Shown: one piece after another, positions 48,787 through 62,984 of the stretch
Numbering within the stretch: position 1 is the stretch's first letter
Layout: each line of letters starts with the position of its first letter
Assembly: GCF_018350175.1 (NCBI RefSeq)
Contig: NC_058368.1
Span: forward strand, 218,304,001 to 218,368,000
Direction of reading: 5' to 3'
DNA: 64,000 nucleotides
Source of the DNA: Felis catus
Lineage: Eukaryota
The notes under the pieces: generated by a model
Told to the model about the DNA's origin: nothing
The model's database searches: none
Seen by the model: only the letters and a program-made list of their open reading frames with translations
Translations under genes and position numbers: made by a program

Positions 48787-49805
48787 AGAAAAAACAAACT
48801 GATTATTTTGAAAATATAAAAACTTTCCTACTAGTATAGCAGGTTTTATTTGTATGTGTTTTTTAGTGTTTTGCATATATTTAACCGATTAATATATGTT
48901 AAAAAGAATCTAGATATCACTTATGCATTTTAATAGCAACCTCTGCAGACAGTGCCTCAATTAAAAAAACAAAACCTAAAAATCAATTACTGGAGAATGG
49001 CAGGCTGTGGAACCTGAAAATGATGCTTACAATGCTTTGGCATTGACTGTGGCTTATTTCTATTCTACTCCAGACTTTAGCTATTTTCCTGTGATGTGAG
49101 GTCTGTGATCCAAAAGGAATTTATTTTTCAAACTTTGAAATACTTAAGGATAACATTGAGTTGATGAGGAGGAGTGAACACTAAGAGATCACATTGCATT
49201 TTGTTATTACTCATGAAAATGGATGATTTCTTATTTGCATATGGTTTTGCTGAGATCTGCAAATGGCAAAGTTGCAGTGACTGTTTGATAAATTGGCCAA
49301 TCTAGAGTATTTTTTTAAAAAAAACTCGTGTATCCTCTAATAATCTTACAGTAGTTATGGCTTGGAACTTTTCAATATGTAATTATGTGTGTGAATGAAA
49401 GAATTGGTATAGAGGAAAGAAACTGTGTGTGTGTGTGTGTGGTGGGGGAGTTAACCACTAAACAACATAATTTTATGAATTGCATATAAAGCAGTAAAAC
49501 CAAATGTTTCCAAAAAATAAACAAAATCTTCAAGATTGATCATTATGTTTACTTAAGTCTTTTCATTTAAAATAATAATCTTTTTTACATCATATAGTCA
49601 ATATTTTTAACTAAAATTCAATCTATTTATTTGTTTAATGTTTTTAAGGTCTATACTGAAGATATTTATTTACTAAGTAATTTAAAAATCTGTTTGTTCT
49701 GTTTATTTACATTGGATATTATATTATTCAGTAAGTTTGTAATATGCAACTCCAGAAATTTCTTCCCTATTTAGGTGTAATGTACTATATATGTATTCAA
49801 TTTAT

Positions 49806-49812
<7 letters not shown>

Positions 49813-49845
<33 letters not shown>
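49813..49845. repeat. (TA)n microsatellite
   Basis: Read directly from sequence. Confidence 0.95.
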
Positions 49846-49850
<5 letters not shown>

Positions 49851-50496
49851 CAACTTATATATAATATACATATTACATATGCAAAGCTATGTATATACTA
49901 TATAAATACAATACCTTGAGTAATAAATTTGTAAATGTACTAGCCTTTTGTAGTCCATGTTCATTTATAAGGGGCATATTAATCTAAGTAAGAAAAAGAA
50001 AAGGGCTTTGTGTCTCACACTCAAAATATCGTGATACTTTTAGAAAATTGTATGTAAGGAAAGACCAGATAATGGTTGTGTTTTGTTGAATATGACAGAA
50101 AGAAGGGAAAAGAAGTCAACTAAGTATATTTGGAAATTTGTCATAATAACTGTGGACCAAAACATCTCTGCTAGACCAGAAGGAAAGTGCAAAAAGAGGA
50201 GAAAAGAATGATGAAAGGAGTGTCCTGAGAATAGCTTACCAGAAGGGGATAACGAGATGAGATGTTTCAATTACTGATTGACTTTCATGATATTATTTGT
50301 GTCAACAAGACCAGGAAATACTCATAGGAATCTGTGTTTATGTTGAAAAGAGAAAATACCATTGGAGGTATGCAGGTGAGGAAACAGTTTGGGTGGATAT
50401 ATCAATGTCCATCCATATGGATTTATCAGTGTAGTTGTGTGAGAAGGATGGCATGATTTGGGGTATATAAGAAACCTGGGAGTCATTTTTATGGCT

Positions 50497-50588
50497 ATAT
50501 ACATATACATATATACATATACATATACATGTATGAATGTATATATATTTTGTATGTATGTATATACATGTATGTATATGTATATATA
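50497..50588. repeat. TATACA/TATG low-complexity repeat
   Basis: Read directly from sequence. Confidence 0.85.
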
Positions 50589-51499
50589 TTTTCCATTCTC
50601 AGTTCCACTCTTTTATTAATGTTGATTTGCTCTTCCTCTAACTTCTACGATTATTAGTTGTATGTCTCTGGGCATTAAGTACAAAGCAAGCAAGCATTGC
50701 AAGCATTTGGGGAAATGATGAAAAAAAAAAGATGACTTTTCAACAAACGTATAGTCTGATGAGAAGTAAATACGAGTTAACGTGTTTGGCATTATGCATT
50801 ACAAATGTGAAATATTAACTTATGCATGTTTTTATTTTCTCCTATTTCATTTTGACCACAAAACTAAGATCCATCTTGTCTCCAAGTGACTAACTGTCAC
50901 AGGAGAAGCAGAAAAGAAGAAAAAGTATAGGTGCCCAGTAAACACTCTGAGAAAGAACGCCCACTTTAAGTGCCAGGCAGTAGGGATCTGAGGTAATAGG
51001 ACAACTGTATGCTGAAGAAAGTGGAGCAGATGCCTATTTCTCCCACCTCAGCAGCATAGTCAGGCATCAACAGAGGAGCAGTATGATGAGACAGCAGTGT
51101 GATGATGGACCTCTGTATTCCAACGGTGTCAAGAGATGGACAAATGACCTTAGATCCTTAGTGAAGAAGCATGTGCTTTTAATCTCACTGCATATGAGGA
51201 GATGTTATATAAAAGCAGTGAAATGATACACACCAGCAACACAGCAGGTAACAACACAGAAAGGTGAACAAATCTGAGACTCACGTAGGATGTCAGTATG
51301 GAGAAGAGCAGAATACATATCTCTTCTTAATGCCTGGTAATGACATAATCAACTTAAAACTTAGAGGCTTTTCCAGTGCATAAGAGAAATGAAGAAAGGT
51401 TAGAAAGGAGAAACAAAGAAGAAATACAGTGTGGTCCACACACACCTTCATTTCAAAGATCTAAATCCATTAGCTTTTCCCTCTTATGTGGTATGTGAT

Positions 51500-51578
51500 A
51501 TCCTCTGGTGCCCTTTCTCTTTGCCGATCCTACACTCACACTATCTTTTTCTCAAAAATAAATAAATATTTTAAAAAA
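51500..51578 (+). mobile_element. Can-SINE 3' fragment
   Basis: CT-rich tract plus ctcaaaaataaataaatattttaaaaaa. Confidence 0.6.
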
Positions 51579-52256
51579 GGGTATCTCAAGCATTATGTCC
51601 ACTGGGGATTTGGTACCCTAATTCTCGACTCCTACAGAGAGTTCATCATTTGGTAAACACTTCCCTGTATTATGCTTATTTGTTTGTTTGTTGTTGTTTT
51701 ATCATCAAAATATAAATTCTGAGAAAACAAAAATTATGTCTTTTATCTTTATATCATGTATGCGTAGAATAGGGCTAGATTGATCTTTGCTAAAACAACA
51801 ACAAAAACTGCCAAATAAATGAATGTCCATATGGATGCACGGATTCAGTGCTTGCAAATTTCATATAATTTTACTATACAAAAGAATAGACAGAATCTTA
51901 ATCCCAGTGTTTGCAACAAGTTACAGTAGTCAATTTTCAATGTTTCAGAGAAAAGACTTGTCTTATTTGCTTTATTTTCTGTATGACAGAGTTTCATTAA
52001 GTTAAATACAGAGTCCAATGTATTATAGACCTGTACTTTTCCTGTTCATGTAGGTGCAAAGATTTGTTAGGATTTGTAACATTAACATTACTAACAGTGT
52101 TAGTAATTCGTAAATCAACTACATAAGTAATTATGGCCAAGATCCCAGCTGATGGTAAATTGAGCACATCTATACCTCTCATATTAGTGAAACAGTGGGG
52201 TGGATGATAAAACAGTGAAGAGATTGAGATTATTAAATAAGAAAGTCAATTGCAAT

Positions 52257-52464
52257 GGGCGCCTGGGTGGCTCAGTTGATTAAGCATCTGACTTCAGCTC
52301 AGGTCATGATCTCACTATTTGTGGGTTCGAGCCCCGCATCTGGCTATTTGCTGACAGCTGGGAGCTGTCTTCAGATTCTGTGTCTCCCTTTCTCTCTGAC
52401 TCTCCCTCACTCGCACTCTGTCTCTTGGTATCTCAAAAATAAATAAACACAAAAAAATTTTTCT
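52257..52464 (+). mobile_element. Can-SINE
   Basis: TSD aaagtcaattgcaat 52242-52256 and aaagtcaacttcaat 52465-52479. Confidence 0.95.
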
Positions 52465-53569
52465 AAAGTCAACTTCAATAAAATAAAAAAATTAAAATAG
52501 ATAAACATTTAGGAAGGCAGAAAAGTAATTTTCAAATTCAGACATTTTAGTTTATGCTCCTTGGATAGTTTCTTTAATTTCTTCAAACCCAGATTTAGGA
52601 CATTTCTGAAATATACAGTATATTATAAAAAGAGAAATGCTGGATCAGATTATTATTCATGGTAACAGTTTTACATATAAGTGATTTTTATTAGTTTTTC
52701 ATTTTTGCTTATAAATGCAATGTAACAATATTTACATAATATTTAAAAGAAAAAATCTTGAGCCTTAAAATCAATTGAACTTAATTCAGAACTGATTTTA
52801 TGAGTGCTTAGTCTCTGATTATATACACTTTCCCCTTCCTTGCCCCTAAACTCTAACTCATGGGTGCTTCCTGTTATATGCATTACAGTTAATTACTCTT
52901 TCATATTATGTAACCACACACACATAGTTACACATGTAACTACACATATAACTACACTTTTACCAAATGATATCTGTCTTGAGGATTCTAAATGCCATTA
53001 GGGTAAAGGGAACATCCAGCTTTTAGTGTGATGCAAGAAACATACTATTCCTTAATGACCTGGTTTTGTATGATTAAATAGTAAGTATATTGAGATTATG
53101 GGAATAATTGAAAGATTAAATATAATACAGAATCAACTTCAAAATAGTTTATAATCTAAAGCAAGTGATGAAGGCAGACACAAACTGAATATAGACTGTA
53201 AGCTTGTATAAACACCAGGATTCTACTAATGGTAGAAAAAAGGATAATTTCAGAGCACAGAAACAGAAAAAAATAGTTCTTCTTGAAGTATATTTAAATG
53301 TGTTATTTTAGTGGATTCAAAGAGCAGAATTTCAATAGGCAAAATGTGAAACACTTTTCCAAGGTAGAAGTATTACAAAAGGTGAAAAGTCACCCACCTC
53401 TTCTATGGCTTTACATTGGAGTTAGCACTTAAACTTTGGATAAATGGGAGTTGATGCTGTAGAAGAAGCATCTGAAAGTCCATATAAAATTTTAAAGAAT
53501 AATGAATAACAGTGTAAAAAATATAGACTTGTTTTCTATATTTTTTGGGAACCAAAACTTGTTTTTTCC

Positions 53570-53810
53570 TTCTTCTTCTTTTTAAATGTAATGTATTGTC
53601 ATATTGGTTTCCATACAACACCTAGTGCTCATCCCAACAGGTGCCCTCCTCAATGACCATCACCCACTTTCCTCTCTCCCTCACCCCCCATCAACCCTCA
53701 GTTTGTTCTCAGTATTTAAGAGTCTCTCATGGTTTGCCTCCTTCCTTCCCTATAACTTTTTTTCCCCCTTCCCCTCCCCCCTGGTCTTCTGTTAAGTTTC
53801 TCAAGATCCA
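53570..53810 (-). mobile_element. 5'-truncated felid-type L1 3'UTR
   Basis: attggtttccatacaacacctagtgctcatcccaacaggtgccc is the reverse complement of the L1 3'UTR at ~30345-30395. Confidence 0.93.
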
Positions 53811-55330
53811 CTTTTTTTCTTTGTTTAAAAGATGGGGAGTTGGGAGGGCCATAGAAATACTGATCAGTGCTAAACCCTTGGGTGATAGGTAGCAACTAAA
53901 TACTACTTGACCTGTTTTAATTCTAAAATCATTTATTTTTTTATTAAAATAATAAGCCTTTCTCATCTTTGTCTTATTTCTATGTTCTATTATATGATAT
54001 TCAATATAAAAGATACAAAATTAACAACATATATTAAGATAGTGGTAAATATTTGAGTGCTTCAATATTAAAATTCTAGTTAAATTTTATCCTTTGCCTT
54101 TGGACAACCGAGTTTAAGAAAAACAATTACAATATTTTGATTATACACAGTAATATTACTGTGGCATATTTATATGATATTTTAAATGATGTTTAAAAAT
54201 TCTCACAAATATGACTAATTCATAAGTTTTTAGTTTCTTCTATTGAAGTTTCCTCTGTCTCTATTTAAATTAACCATTCTCTCAATATGTTTTTATTTAA
54301 TTTTTAAAACTATTTTGGAGATATCTGTGTCAGAGATAAAAAGGACTAAATTAACAAATTGTCAACTCTGATCAAAATTGGTGTGTCAGTTACTGACTGA
54401 CCCTTTGCTAGGTCCAAAGATTCTTAAGTGAGTTTATGACTGTGATAAAACTACTTACTGTGTACCTTTAATACAACTTTTAATTACTTACATATGTGTA
54501 ACATAAAGTTTTGATCTTTCTAAAATAAACGCTGGACATTTATTTTCACCCAAGGGTAAGCATTTTAGTTCCTACCCCAAGACGCCATGAAATATCGCAT
54601 TATAATATTGTATATACATTGGTATGGCACACGCATTAATATGAGTTGGCTAATTCCTACAGAGCAGAACCTGTGTGTTCTGAAAATAGTTGTATGAGGA
54701 AATAGCTGTTTATCATAATGTTAAAATTGTCAGTGTTATTAAAATATTCCTCTTTATTTAAAGATCATGTTATCTAAATTATTATAATTTTTTCTAAAAT
54801 ATATTACATATATAATCTCAAAAGAGGATACGCAAGTTTAAAATGTGATCCTTTGTTCAGGTAATAAATTGTAGATTAATTGAAATTCAAGTCATGGGGC
54901 AGTATCCATTCATTTTTCGTGTATATTGGTCAAAGGAGGTTGGTCAACAATTTTATTCATATCCTATTAAAGGCTAATAGATGATCTAGACAATTTTCTG
55001 ATTGTTGAGCTCATCTCACAGTTATTAACGTTTTTATCATTATTATGTATACATAAAGAGATTTCACAATAGTAGTTTGTTCTATAAATTTGAAAATAAA
55101 TGCAATGAATATTTTAATAACATTTAATAGGGAAGGCCTTCAGGGATCATAGGCAGTAATTATGCTAACAACCTTCTTAAAATTTCACACTAGTTGAAAC
55201 AAACATGAATATTTGCATTATACTATTTTTAGCTCATGTGTAGTATGAAATCAATTTCTTCAAGTAAGAGCATCTAATTTTTAAAATCACATATCTCTTG
55301 CTTATTGTTAATAACACTAAATATTTTACA

Positions 55331-55387
55331 TATATGTATATATATATTTTTATATATAATTTATATATATATATATATATATATATA
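55331..55387. repeat. (TA)n low-complexity repeat
   Basis: Read directly from sequence. Confidence 0.9.
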
Positions 55388-55499
55388 ATTTAGTCGAATA
55401 ATAGAACAATTTTCCTAATGCTGTCAATAGAGGAAATTCTTAAATAGAATTCTGAAACTGAATCATTATTTGTCAGATCCCTTCCTCATTTGTATCAGA

Positions 55500-56480
55500 A
55501 TAATTCAATAATTATCATCACATTTCAAGTGGCATTCATGTTTCACCTCGGGTATTAGAGTAGCCTCCTAATTTGTTTTTTTATTTTTCTTTGTTCCATA
55601 GTCTATTCTCTATAAACAGGCAAAGAGGTTTTTTTTTTTTTTTTATTCTTTTTATTTTTAGGAAAAAGAGAGAGCACATGAACAGAGGAGAGAAGCTGAG
55701 AGAGAGAGGGAGAGAGAGAGATATCTCAGGCAGGCTTTACACTCAGGACAGAGCCTGATGTAGGGCTCCATCCCACAATCCTGGGATCACAACCTGAGCC
55801 AAAATCGAGAGTGGGATGCTCAGCTGACTGAGCCACCTAGGCACCCCAAAAGAGTTCCTTCTTAAATGTAAGTATGTTCATTCCAGTTCTCTGATAAAAC
55901 CCTGTGATGGATTTCCAAACTTCTTAGGACCAAAGACCTTAATTCTGCTCCCAATAGCCTATATAATCTGACCACCATTCTTTTCTCTGGCCTCATCATC
56001 TACTAACTCTGGCCACTGGTTCATTCTGCCCCAGACATACTGGCCTCCCTCTTTCTTGGTCATGTCTTGTGGGCATAGCTTTGAAAATGCTGGTTTGCTT
56101 CTCTTTCTTCATGTACTTATTAAAATCATTCTCTTACAACTTACAAAGTTCAGCCCAAATATAACTTAATCAAAATACTTATTGACTGCCCTAAATCAAG
56201 TTTTATCCCTACTTCTCTCCATATCTTCTTACCCTATTTTTTTCTTTAGAGAAATTATTTCCTAGTGATGTATTATGTTTCTTTTTTTTATTTGTTTGCT
56301 GTTTACTTTCTATACCTTTACCCCCTCTACAATTTATCATGAAAACAGTGATTTTTAAATTTTATTTTGCTTTAAGTTTTGTGTTGTGTTCTTTTACTTC
56401 TATTTTTGTTACACTATATCCAAAAGTTATAATAATTCTTGGCAAAGCATGGGAGTTCAACGAAAACAAATGGAATGAGT
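55500..56480 (+). mobile_element. LINE-2 fragment interrupted by a SINE
   Basis: cttaaatgtaagtatgttcattcc...tcattctgccccagacatactggcctcc...3' end near 56470. Confidence 0.7.
55628..55847 (-). mobile_element. Can-SINE
   Basis: Body ending gagccacctaggcacccc. Confidence 0.92.
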
Positions 56481-56820
56481 TAATACATATTATCATGTGA
56501 TTAAGCAAGATAATAGGTTCATGAGCTTTCAGCATTTCCCTCTCATCTTGTTTGTATTTGAAAAAAATATCGCATTCTTTAAATGTATAGGGACCGAATT
56601 AATGGAGAATTGTAAGAAAGTTAGAAAAGACACATTTTGGAAATAGTTCAGAACATTTTTTAGGAATTTGTCCAGCATAGACGAATTACTAATTATTTTT
56701 TGGATGCACAGAAGCGTGAATAGAACTAATCAGTATTTGTTGGGTGAGTAAGTGGACACACATAGATGGATGAACAAGAGAGAAAAGAAAGAAAATAAGA
56801 AACTTCATTATGGACAGATG

Positions 56821-57252
56821 TGTTTTGTCTCCTTTTTGCCCCATTAGTGAAGGAGTGATTCCTGCCATAGTTTATGGGGATGGCTGAACACACAGCACCT
56901 GACGTTAAACAGATGGGATTGACAGTTGGTTATTAGTCACATATGCTTGCAGCCAGGGGTCAGACACTGTGCCACACAGGGCCTCATGGGGGTTTTGCTC
57001 TAGGATACAGTGAACAAGCAGGGCCTGTAGGAAGCAGGCTTTGTAGTAACAAGGGGGAGGTTGTGATTGAGTTATATGAATAGTTCTGAGAGTTGGCAGA
57101 AAATGAAATCTGATGCTAAGGATTAAATAATCTTTGTGCCCAGCCTCTTGATGAGGAGAGTTGTTTGGCTAGGGATCCTTAGCCAATAGAGGGGTTAGGC
57201 CATTTAGGTGTAGCACAAGATATTTAATCTTATTTTTAGGCCTTGCACCACC
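56821..57252 (-). mobile_element. Solo ERVL-type LTR (LTR53/MER74/MER76-like)
   Basis: Minus-strand start tggtgcaaggcctaaaaataagattaaatatcttgtgct resembles recalled consensus; 5-bp TSD AGATG at 56816-56820 and 57253-57257. Confidence 0.7.
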
Positions 57253-57760
57253 AGATGTCTATGCACAAAGAGAGGTAGGATTCTGAAATGGAAAATGGTG
57301 AAAGCATCTAGTGAGAGTAATTGCATAGAAAGAAGAGGGACTAAGATGGAATTTGACATGCCAATTATGCTGTTGACATATAAAGCTGGTGAGTTTGTTT
57401 GTTTGTTTGTTTGTTTGTTGAGCTCAAAACAAAGGTTTAGGAGTTTTCAATAGGATGTTTATTTCCAATATGAGTACCAAATTTTGGTAGCATAAACAAT
57501 GGTAGGGTTTATGACAAGCATGGTTATATGCACATTTTTAGAACATTAAAAGTAGAATTCAAACAACATGCTAATGTACCTATTAAGAGGCAGAAACTGT
57601 ATTGTGTAATTTATTTAGGGAAAATAGGGGGTTTAGTTTTATCATTTTAGGATACAGATATTGATTTTCAAGCCATCAAAATAATCTAGCCATGCTTCTG
57701 ACAAACTTCTATCATTTATCAAATCCAGTAACGTTTCCACCAAACCACAGTTGCCATTGG

Positions 57761-57970
57761 TTTTTGTTAATTATTTTTTAAATTTTTCATAGAGAGAGGT
57801 AAAGTGTGAGCAGGTGGGGGGGGTGGTTCAGAGAAAGAAAGAGAGAACCTTAAGACGGCTCCATGCTCAGTGCAGAGCTGGATGTAGGGCTTGATCCCAC
57901 GACCTTGAGATTATGACCCGAGCTGAAATAAAGAGTTGAATGCTTAACTGACTGAGCCACCCAGCCACCC
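57761..57970 (-). mobile_element. Can-SINE
   Basis: TSD caaaccacagttgccattgg 57741-57760 and caaaccatggttcccattgg 57971-57990. Confidence 0.95.
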
Positions 57971-58830
57971 CAAACCATGGTTCCCATTGGAAGTGCACTT
58001 TAAAATTTTATAATATGTAGGCAGGAGTAAAAATCAAAACTTTTCCAAGCATAAACTAACATTATCCAAATATTAAAATAGTAAGAATATATGATACTAA
58101 GAATAAATACTCAACTGTATGTTTATTTTTCTTCAGTGGAAGAAACCCAAAACTATGACTGTGATAGATACGGGAGTGGACTGGGGAGGCAGTTGAATAA
58201 TGCATCAGATTATCTACTTGACATTGTAATATATTTGTTAAAGCATACTTTAAAAACGTATACCTTAAAAAGCAACAAGTGTAACTTTTAGGGTTATCTT
58301 TTCTTCCAGACAAAGGTGAAAAATGGTCCAGTCAATAGAAAGCCAATTAAAGGCATAAGCCCTATACTTATAAGCATTCATTAACCTCTTTTGCTAATTT
58401 CCAAGTTTAATTTATTTTTTTCTGACACTTTCAATCTTTATCAAAAACATATGAAACAAATCCACTTGAACGTATTTCTATTCATTTCACAGGAAAAAAA
58501 TAAATCTCCCAAATGTCTAAGCTCAAAAATTATAGAGTAAATAAGTAAAAAATATTGGATAATAATGAAAGTCCACTTTATTTGTAAATCTGTCATCTTT
58601 CCATTGTGACAACTTTCTGCTTAAACCATCTTTAAAGTTGGACAATCACTCAGTAGAGATATATTAGGAGGAAAGGAAACATTAGATTTGTAGTTGTTTC
58701 AATAACCAATATGTATATAGACTGAGGTTTATACATAAATCTCCAAACAAAATATTTGATACCTACTCTGTTTCCCTCACTCTCACATGATAATACTGTA
58801 ATAATAATTTTAAAAGTCTAAAAATTCCAT

Positions 58831-59050
58831 GGGCGCCTGGGTGGCTCAACTGGTTAAGCATCCAACTTCAGCCCAGGTCATGATCTCGTGGTGCATGGGT
58901 TCAAGACCCACGTTGGGCTCTGTGCTAACCGCTCGGAGCCTGGAGTCTGCTTTGGATTCTGTCTCCCTCTCTCTCTGCCCCTACCCCACTCACGCTCTGT
59001 CTCTGTCTCTCTGTATCTCAAAAAGAAATAAACATTAAACATGTTTTTAA
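58831..59050 (+). mobile_element. Can-SINE, first of tandem pair
   Basis: Complete head, CT tract and tail. Confidence 0.95.
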
Positions 59051-59067
59051 GAATATCTACAAATTCC

Positions 59068-59249
59068 GGGGCACCTGGACGGCTCAGTCAGTTAAGTGTC
59101 CAACTTTGGCTCAGGTCATGATCTCACTCTTTCGCTTTGGCTCTGGTCATGATCTCATGGTTCCTGAGTTTAAGCTTGGCATCGGGCTCCCTGCTGTTAG
59201 TGCAGAACGTGCTTAGGATCCTTTGTCTCCCGTCTCTCTGCCCTTACTC

Positions 59250-59312
<63 letters not shown>

Positions 59313-59340
59313 AAAAATAAATAAACATTAATTTTTTTTT
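59068..59340 (+). mobile_element. Can-SINE, second of tandem pair, with 23-bp internal duplication
   Basis: ctttggctc(a/t)ggtcatgatctca at 59104-59126 and 59135-59157. Confidence 0.95.
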
Positions 59341-59499
59341 AAACAGACAACAAATTCCTAACCATTGATATACCCTTCTTCATGGAACTATATATGCATA
59401 TAGTCTTCTTTCATATACTATGTAAGCACTTCCCCTGCTCCAAATATGCCTGTCCCTTTCACCTGTGCATTAGATTCTATCCTTTATTACTTACAGATA

Positions 59500-61060
59500 T
59501 TGATGCAGAAATGCTATCTACTTTGTCCTGCATATTCAGTGTTTTGCCCTCTCTCTTTAATTTCCATTGCAAACAAGCATGATGTTGTTTATTCATCTTT
59601 CCTAAAAAAATTGCCCTAACTTTAGCTTTAACTATGAATCTATTTCTCTTCTTCCATTGAGAGAAAAGATTCTATGAAAATATTGTCTTTGCAGTTTGCT
59701 CAAAATTCTTTCTTATATTTGTCTTAAATCCTATCTAGAGACCTTTCATACCTTCTCCACTGAAATTGCTCTTGGCAAAGTAACAAATAATGTTAAAATT
59801 GTGAAATCCACAATCTATTTCTCAGTTTTCATTTTACCTGAAATGTTTCTTGGATTCTAGGACACAATATTCTTCAAAATCAGTTAGTTCTCTTTTTAGT
59901 TTATTTTGCTAATTCTATCTCCCTGACTTATTAATTTAGGATGGCTGTAAAGCTTAATTTTATAATAACATCAATAAACTAACTCAAATTTACATTTCCA
60001 GAATGAATCTTTCCCCTGAACTCCAGTCTCATATATCCAACTGTCTAGTCAAGGTCTCCAATCCCATGTCAAACCAGTACCTGAATCATAACAAATTCAA
60101 ATATTCCCGTCTCCCTTGCCATCATCTTCATCTCAGGTGACATCAATCCTACTCTTACAATGACTCAGCCAAAATAATTTGGCATCCTTGACTTTTCTCT
60201 TTCTCTCTCATAAGCTGTATTTAACCTACGCGCAAGTCTTTTTGGTTTCATCCTCAAAATGTATCCAGATTTCAACTATATATTGTTATCCTCAATTCTA
60301 AAATCTTGTTCAAGCTGTCACCATCACATTCCCACTAGATTATTCAGTGGCATCTTAAACTGTCTCCTTGCTTCAATTTTTCTTCCCTTTAATTTATTCT
60401 CAAGGAAATATCCAGAGAAGATCACCCATATATAAACTGCCATTTCTCTGTTCAAGATCCTTGATTGAACTTCTATGTCAAAGACTTTCCACCAGTCTTT
60501 ATAATGATTGACAAGACCTTACATCAACTGACCTTTCATTATCTCTCAGATGTCTTCCTATTTCTCAGACTCTCACTTGCTCTGTCTTCTATAATATCAG
60601 TTTTCTGTATTTTAATAGAAAACTGCAGGAATGAACCCAAGTTAATATATTAGTACAGGTTATTCTCTTTAATGAAATTCAATTTCCTAGTTATCTACAT
60701 GGTTCACTCCCTAACTTAATTTGTGTATTTATTCTAATATGATTTATTGTGTATTTATTCTAATGTGATGTTGGAGTGGTTTCTCCCAACAACATTATTT
60801 TAAAAGTTATTACTTCCTATACTCTCTTCTCTGAATTATTTTTTTCCATTAATCACCATTAAGTTTTTCTACATTTGAATCAATATGTTTTAATATCTGT
60901 ATCCTTTATTTGTATATAAGACATCTGAGTAAAGAAATTCTGTCCTCTATTTTTGACTTTCCTTTCTCAATCTCATAAAATAGCATGTGAATGCTCAGCA
61001 TATAATGGACATTCTATAGATACTTGTTCACCAAGTTAATGAACTATGAATAGATGAATA
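59500..61060 (+). mobile_element. Long LINE-2 (L2a-like) fragment
   Basis: ctccactgaaattgctcttggcaaagt...cccctgaactccagtctcatatatccaactg...tgaa-repeat 3' end. Confidence 0.8.
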
Positions 61061-62984
61061 GCATCTGATCAATAGGTTGTAGGTGCTTATTAAATTCTTT
61101 TCTTTTTTTTTCCTTGACCCTCTATTCCAAACCAGATCTAGTTTCCTGTGATTCAGTGATTCTAGATGTTCAACTTTCCAAAATCAGTATGACAGTAGAT
61201 CTAAGAAAGTTACATACATAACCTCTACTGCAAATTACTTTCATTTTTTTTCTCAACAACATTTATATACATAACAAGTCTTCAGTAACATTAATCTAAA
61301 GGAATGATTCTCTAGTAATGTAATTTAAAATATTACAACATGTTGCCTAGGAGATTGACATGACTAGAAAGGTAGGGGAACCTACTATGGAGTCTAAAGT
61401 TTTTTTTTTTTTCCCTCTCTTTTAAGGAAACATGTTTAGCATGACAGGATATGTAGATTTTTTTTATTGTGATCTGAAATATCTCTTCCTTGGGTGATAT
61501 AAAAGAATACCTTTTGAATCAGAGTTACTTGGGAACTTTTACACCCCTATTCATTAAAAACAGACAAACAAACATAAAAATGAAAGCACCATTACTCTAT
61601 GGAATGTCAGTACATATTAATCTAATGAATAAGAGTATTAGACTTTTTCAAGAGTGTGGGTACAAATCTAAGGGAAGTTGTAAGTAAGAACTTTGATGAC
61701 TCAGCAAAAAGAACATGGATTTCTTTAGGGAAGACCTAAGGATCCTTAACAAATGGGGTGATGAATAAAAGGTGATGAGATAGCATGCACAAAACCCATC
61801 TCTCTCATTTTTTTCCTGGGACTGATTTTATGTTTTGCTTATTCCTGTTATATACATCCATACATTAATGAAGATAACCATGGAACGTAAGTAGACAAAT
61901 TATGGAAATATGCTATCAAATGATGATGATGCATCTTTCTTAGAAGAAATTTCTTCTTTAGTTCTAGTTATAATGAAGTTTATGCTCAGGATTTACATAT
62001 TTGTAGAGTGATCAGAACTTCAGGACTCTAACTGTAGTCACTAACTTCTTCCCATTTAAAGGAGGGCATTTGCAGAATGGAAGAAAGAGTAAACAAATCA
62101 TGTCAATCACCTCTAGCTGTGCTCTCCAAGTGCCATTCTAGCCATTCTTGCTTTTTTTTCACTTTAAGTATATCATATCAAGTTACAACTGCCATACCAT
62201 GTATATCAGAGTTTAAGGTTTGAAGGTGTAATTGCTTAAATTCTACATATAACTATAGCCCTATATGTGTGAGATTTACTCTTAACTCTTCGCACAATGT
62301 GTTCATTCCACTTACAATGTCAGGAAAAAAATTAAAAATGATGAAATGCAAATCAATGGGAAATCCTAAACATATCACAATTTTTTATTTTTTCATATCC
62401 TAAAATAATAAAAATTAATCAAATATTGATAGAATATCCAAGAATATAGTCTTTTCATTATTTGCAATTAACTACCGCATTATAAATTTCCTAGCTACAA
62501 AAGGTGTTAACGTGGATCAATGGCAGCAATCCCAGATTTAAAAAATGTTGTGTTGTTATTTTTCATTCAATCATCTTACATTTTAACATGGAATATGATG
62601 TGATAGCTATAGGGATTTTGTCTAAATTATATAAACTGGAAGGCTTCCCAAATTAAAATGTCATTTAATATTTCCCTAGGAGGAAAAGCTGAAAGTTCTT
62701 TTCTCTTTCTTCTATTTTTGTTTGTAACATAACTCATGTTCAATAGTCATTTGTGGTTGAATAGGTATACTTGGAAAATAATAATTGGCCAAAGTGATTT
62801 CTAGATCAGTATCACTACTGTTTTAAGTAGCAAAGTATAATATTGCATATATTAAATAGTTTCCAGGAAAGACTACTGATAACTGAGTGTCACCAACATT
62901 CTTGGATTCTCTAATGTTTCAATTCATAAGTGAACGGATGGAAGATTAGTAATGGTTTAGAAGCTTCTTATTCTAAGTATGGTT

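Noticed and set aside
49225..49305. Octamer ATTTGCAT and ATTGGCCAAT motifs
   Set aside because: Short motifs expected by chance in 64 kb of AT-rich DNA; no conservation data to support an enhancer.
52087..52107. Palindrome ATTACTAACA-G-TGTTAGTAAT
   Set aside because: A single AT-rich 10-bp arm pair is plausible by chance and too short for a miRNA or MITE.
58120..58230. Acceptor-like tgtttatttttcttcag followed by an open frame (VEETQNYDCDRY...)
   Set aside because: No good donor downstream and the peptide is unrecognised.
2912..59331. Many 60-120 aa ORFs such as MAQSVKHPTSAQVMIS...
   Set aside because: These are translations of Can-SINE bodies and their microsatellite tails, not genes.
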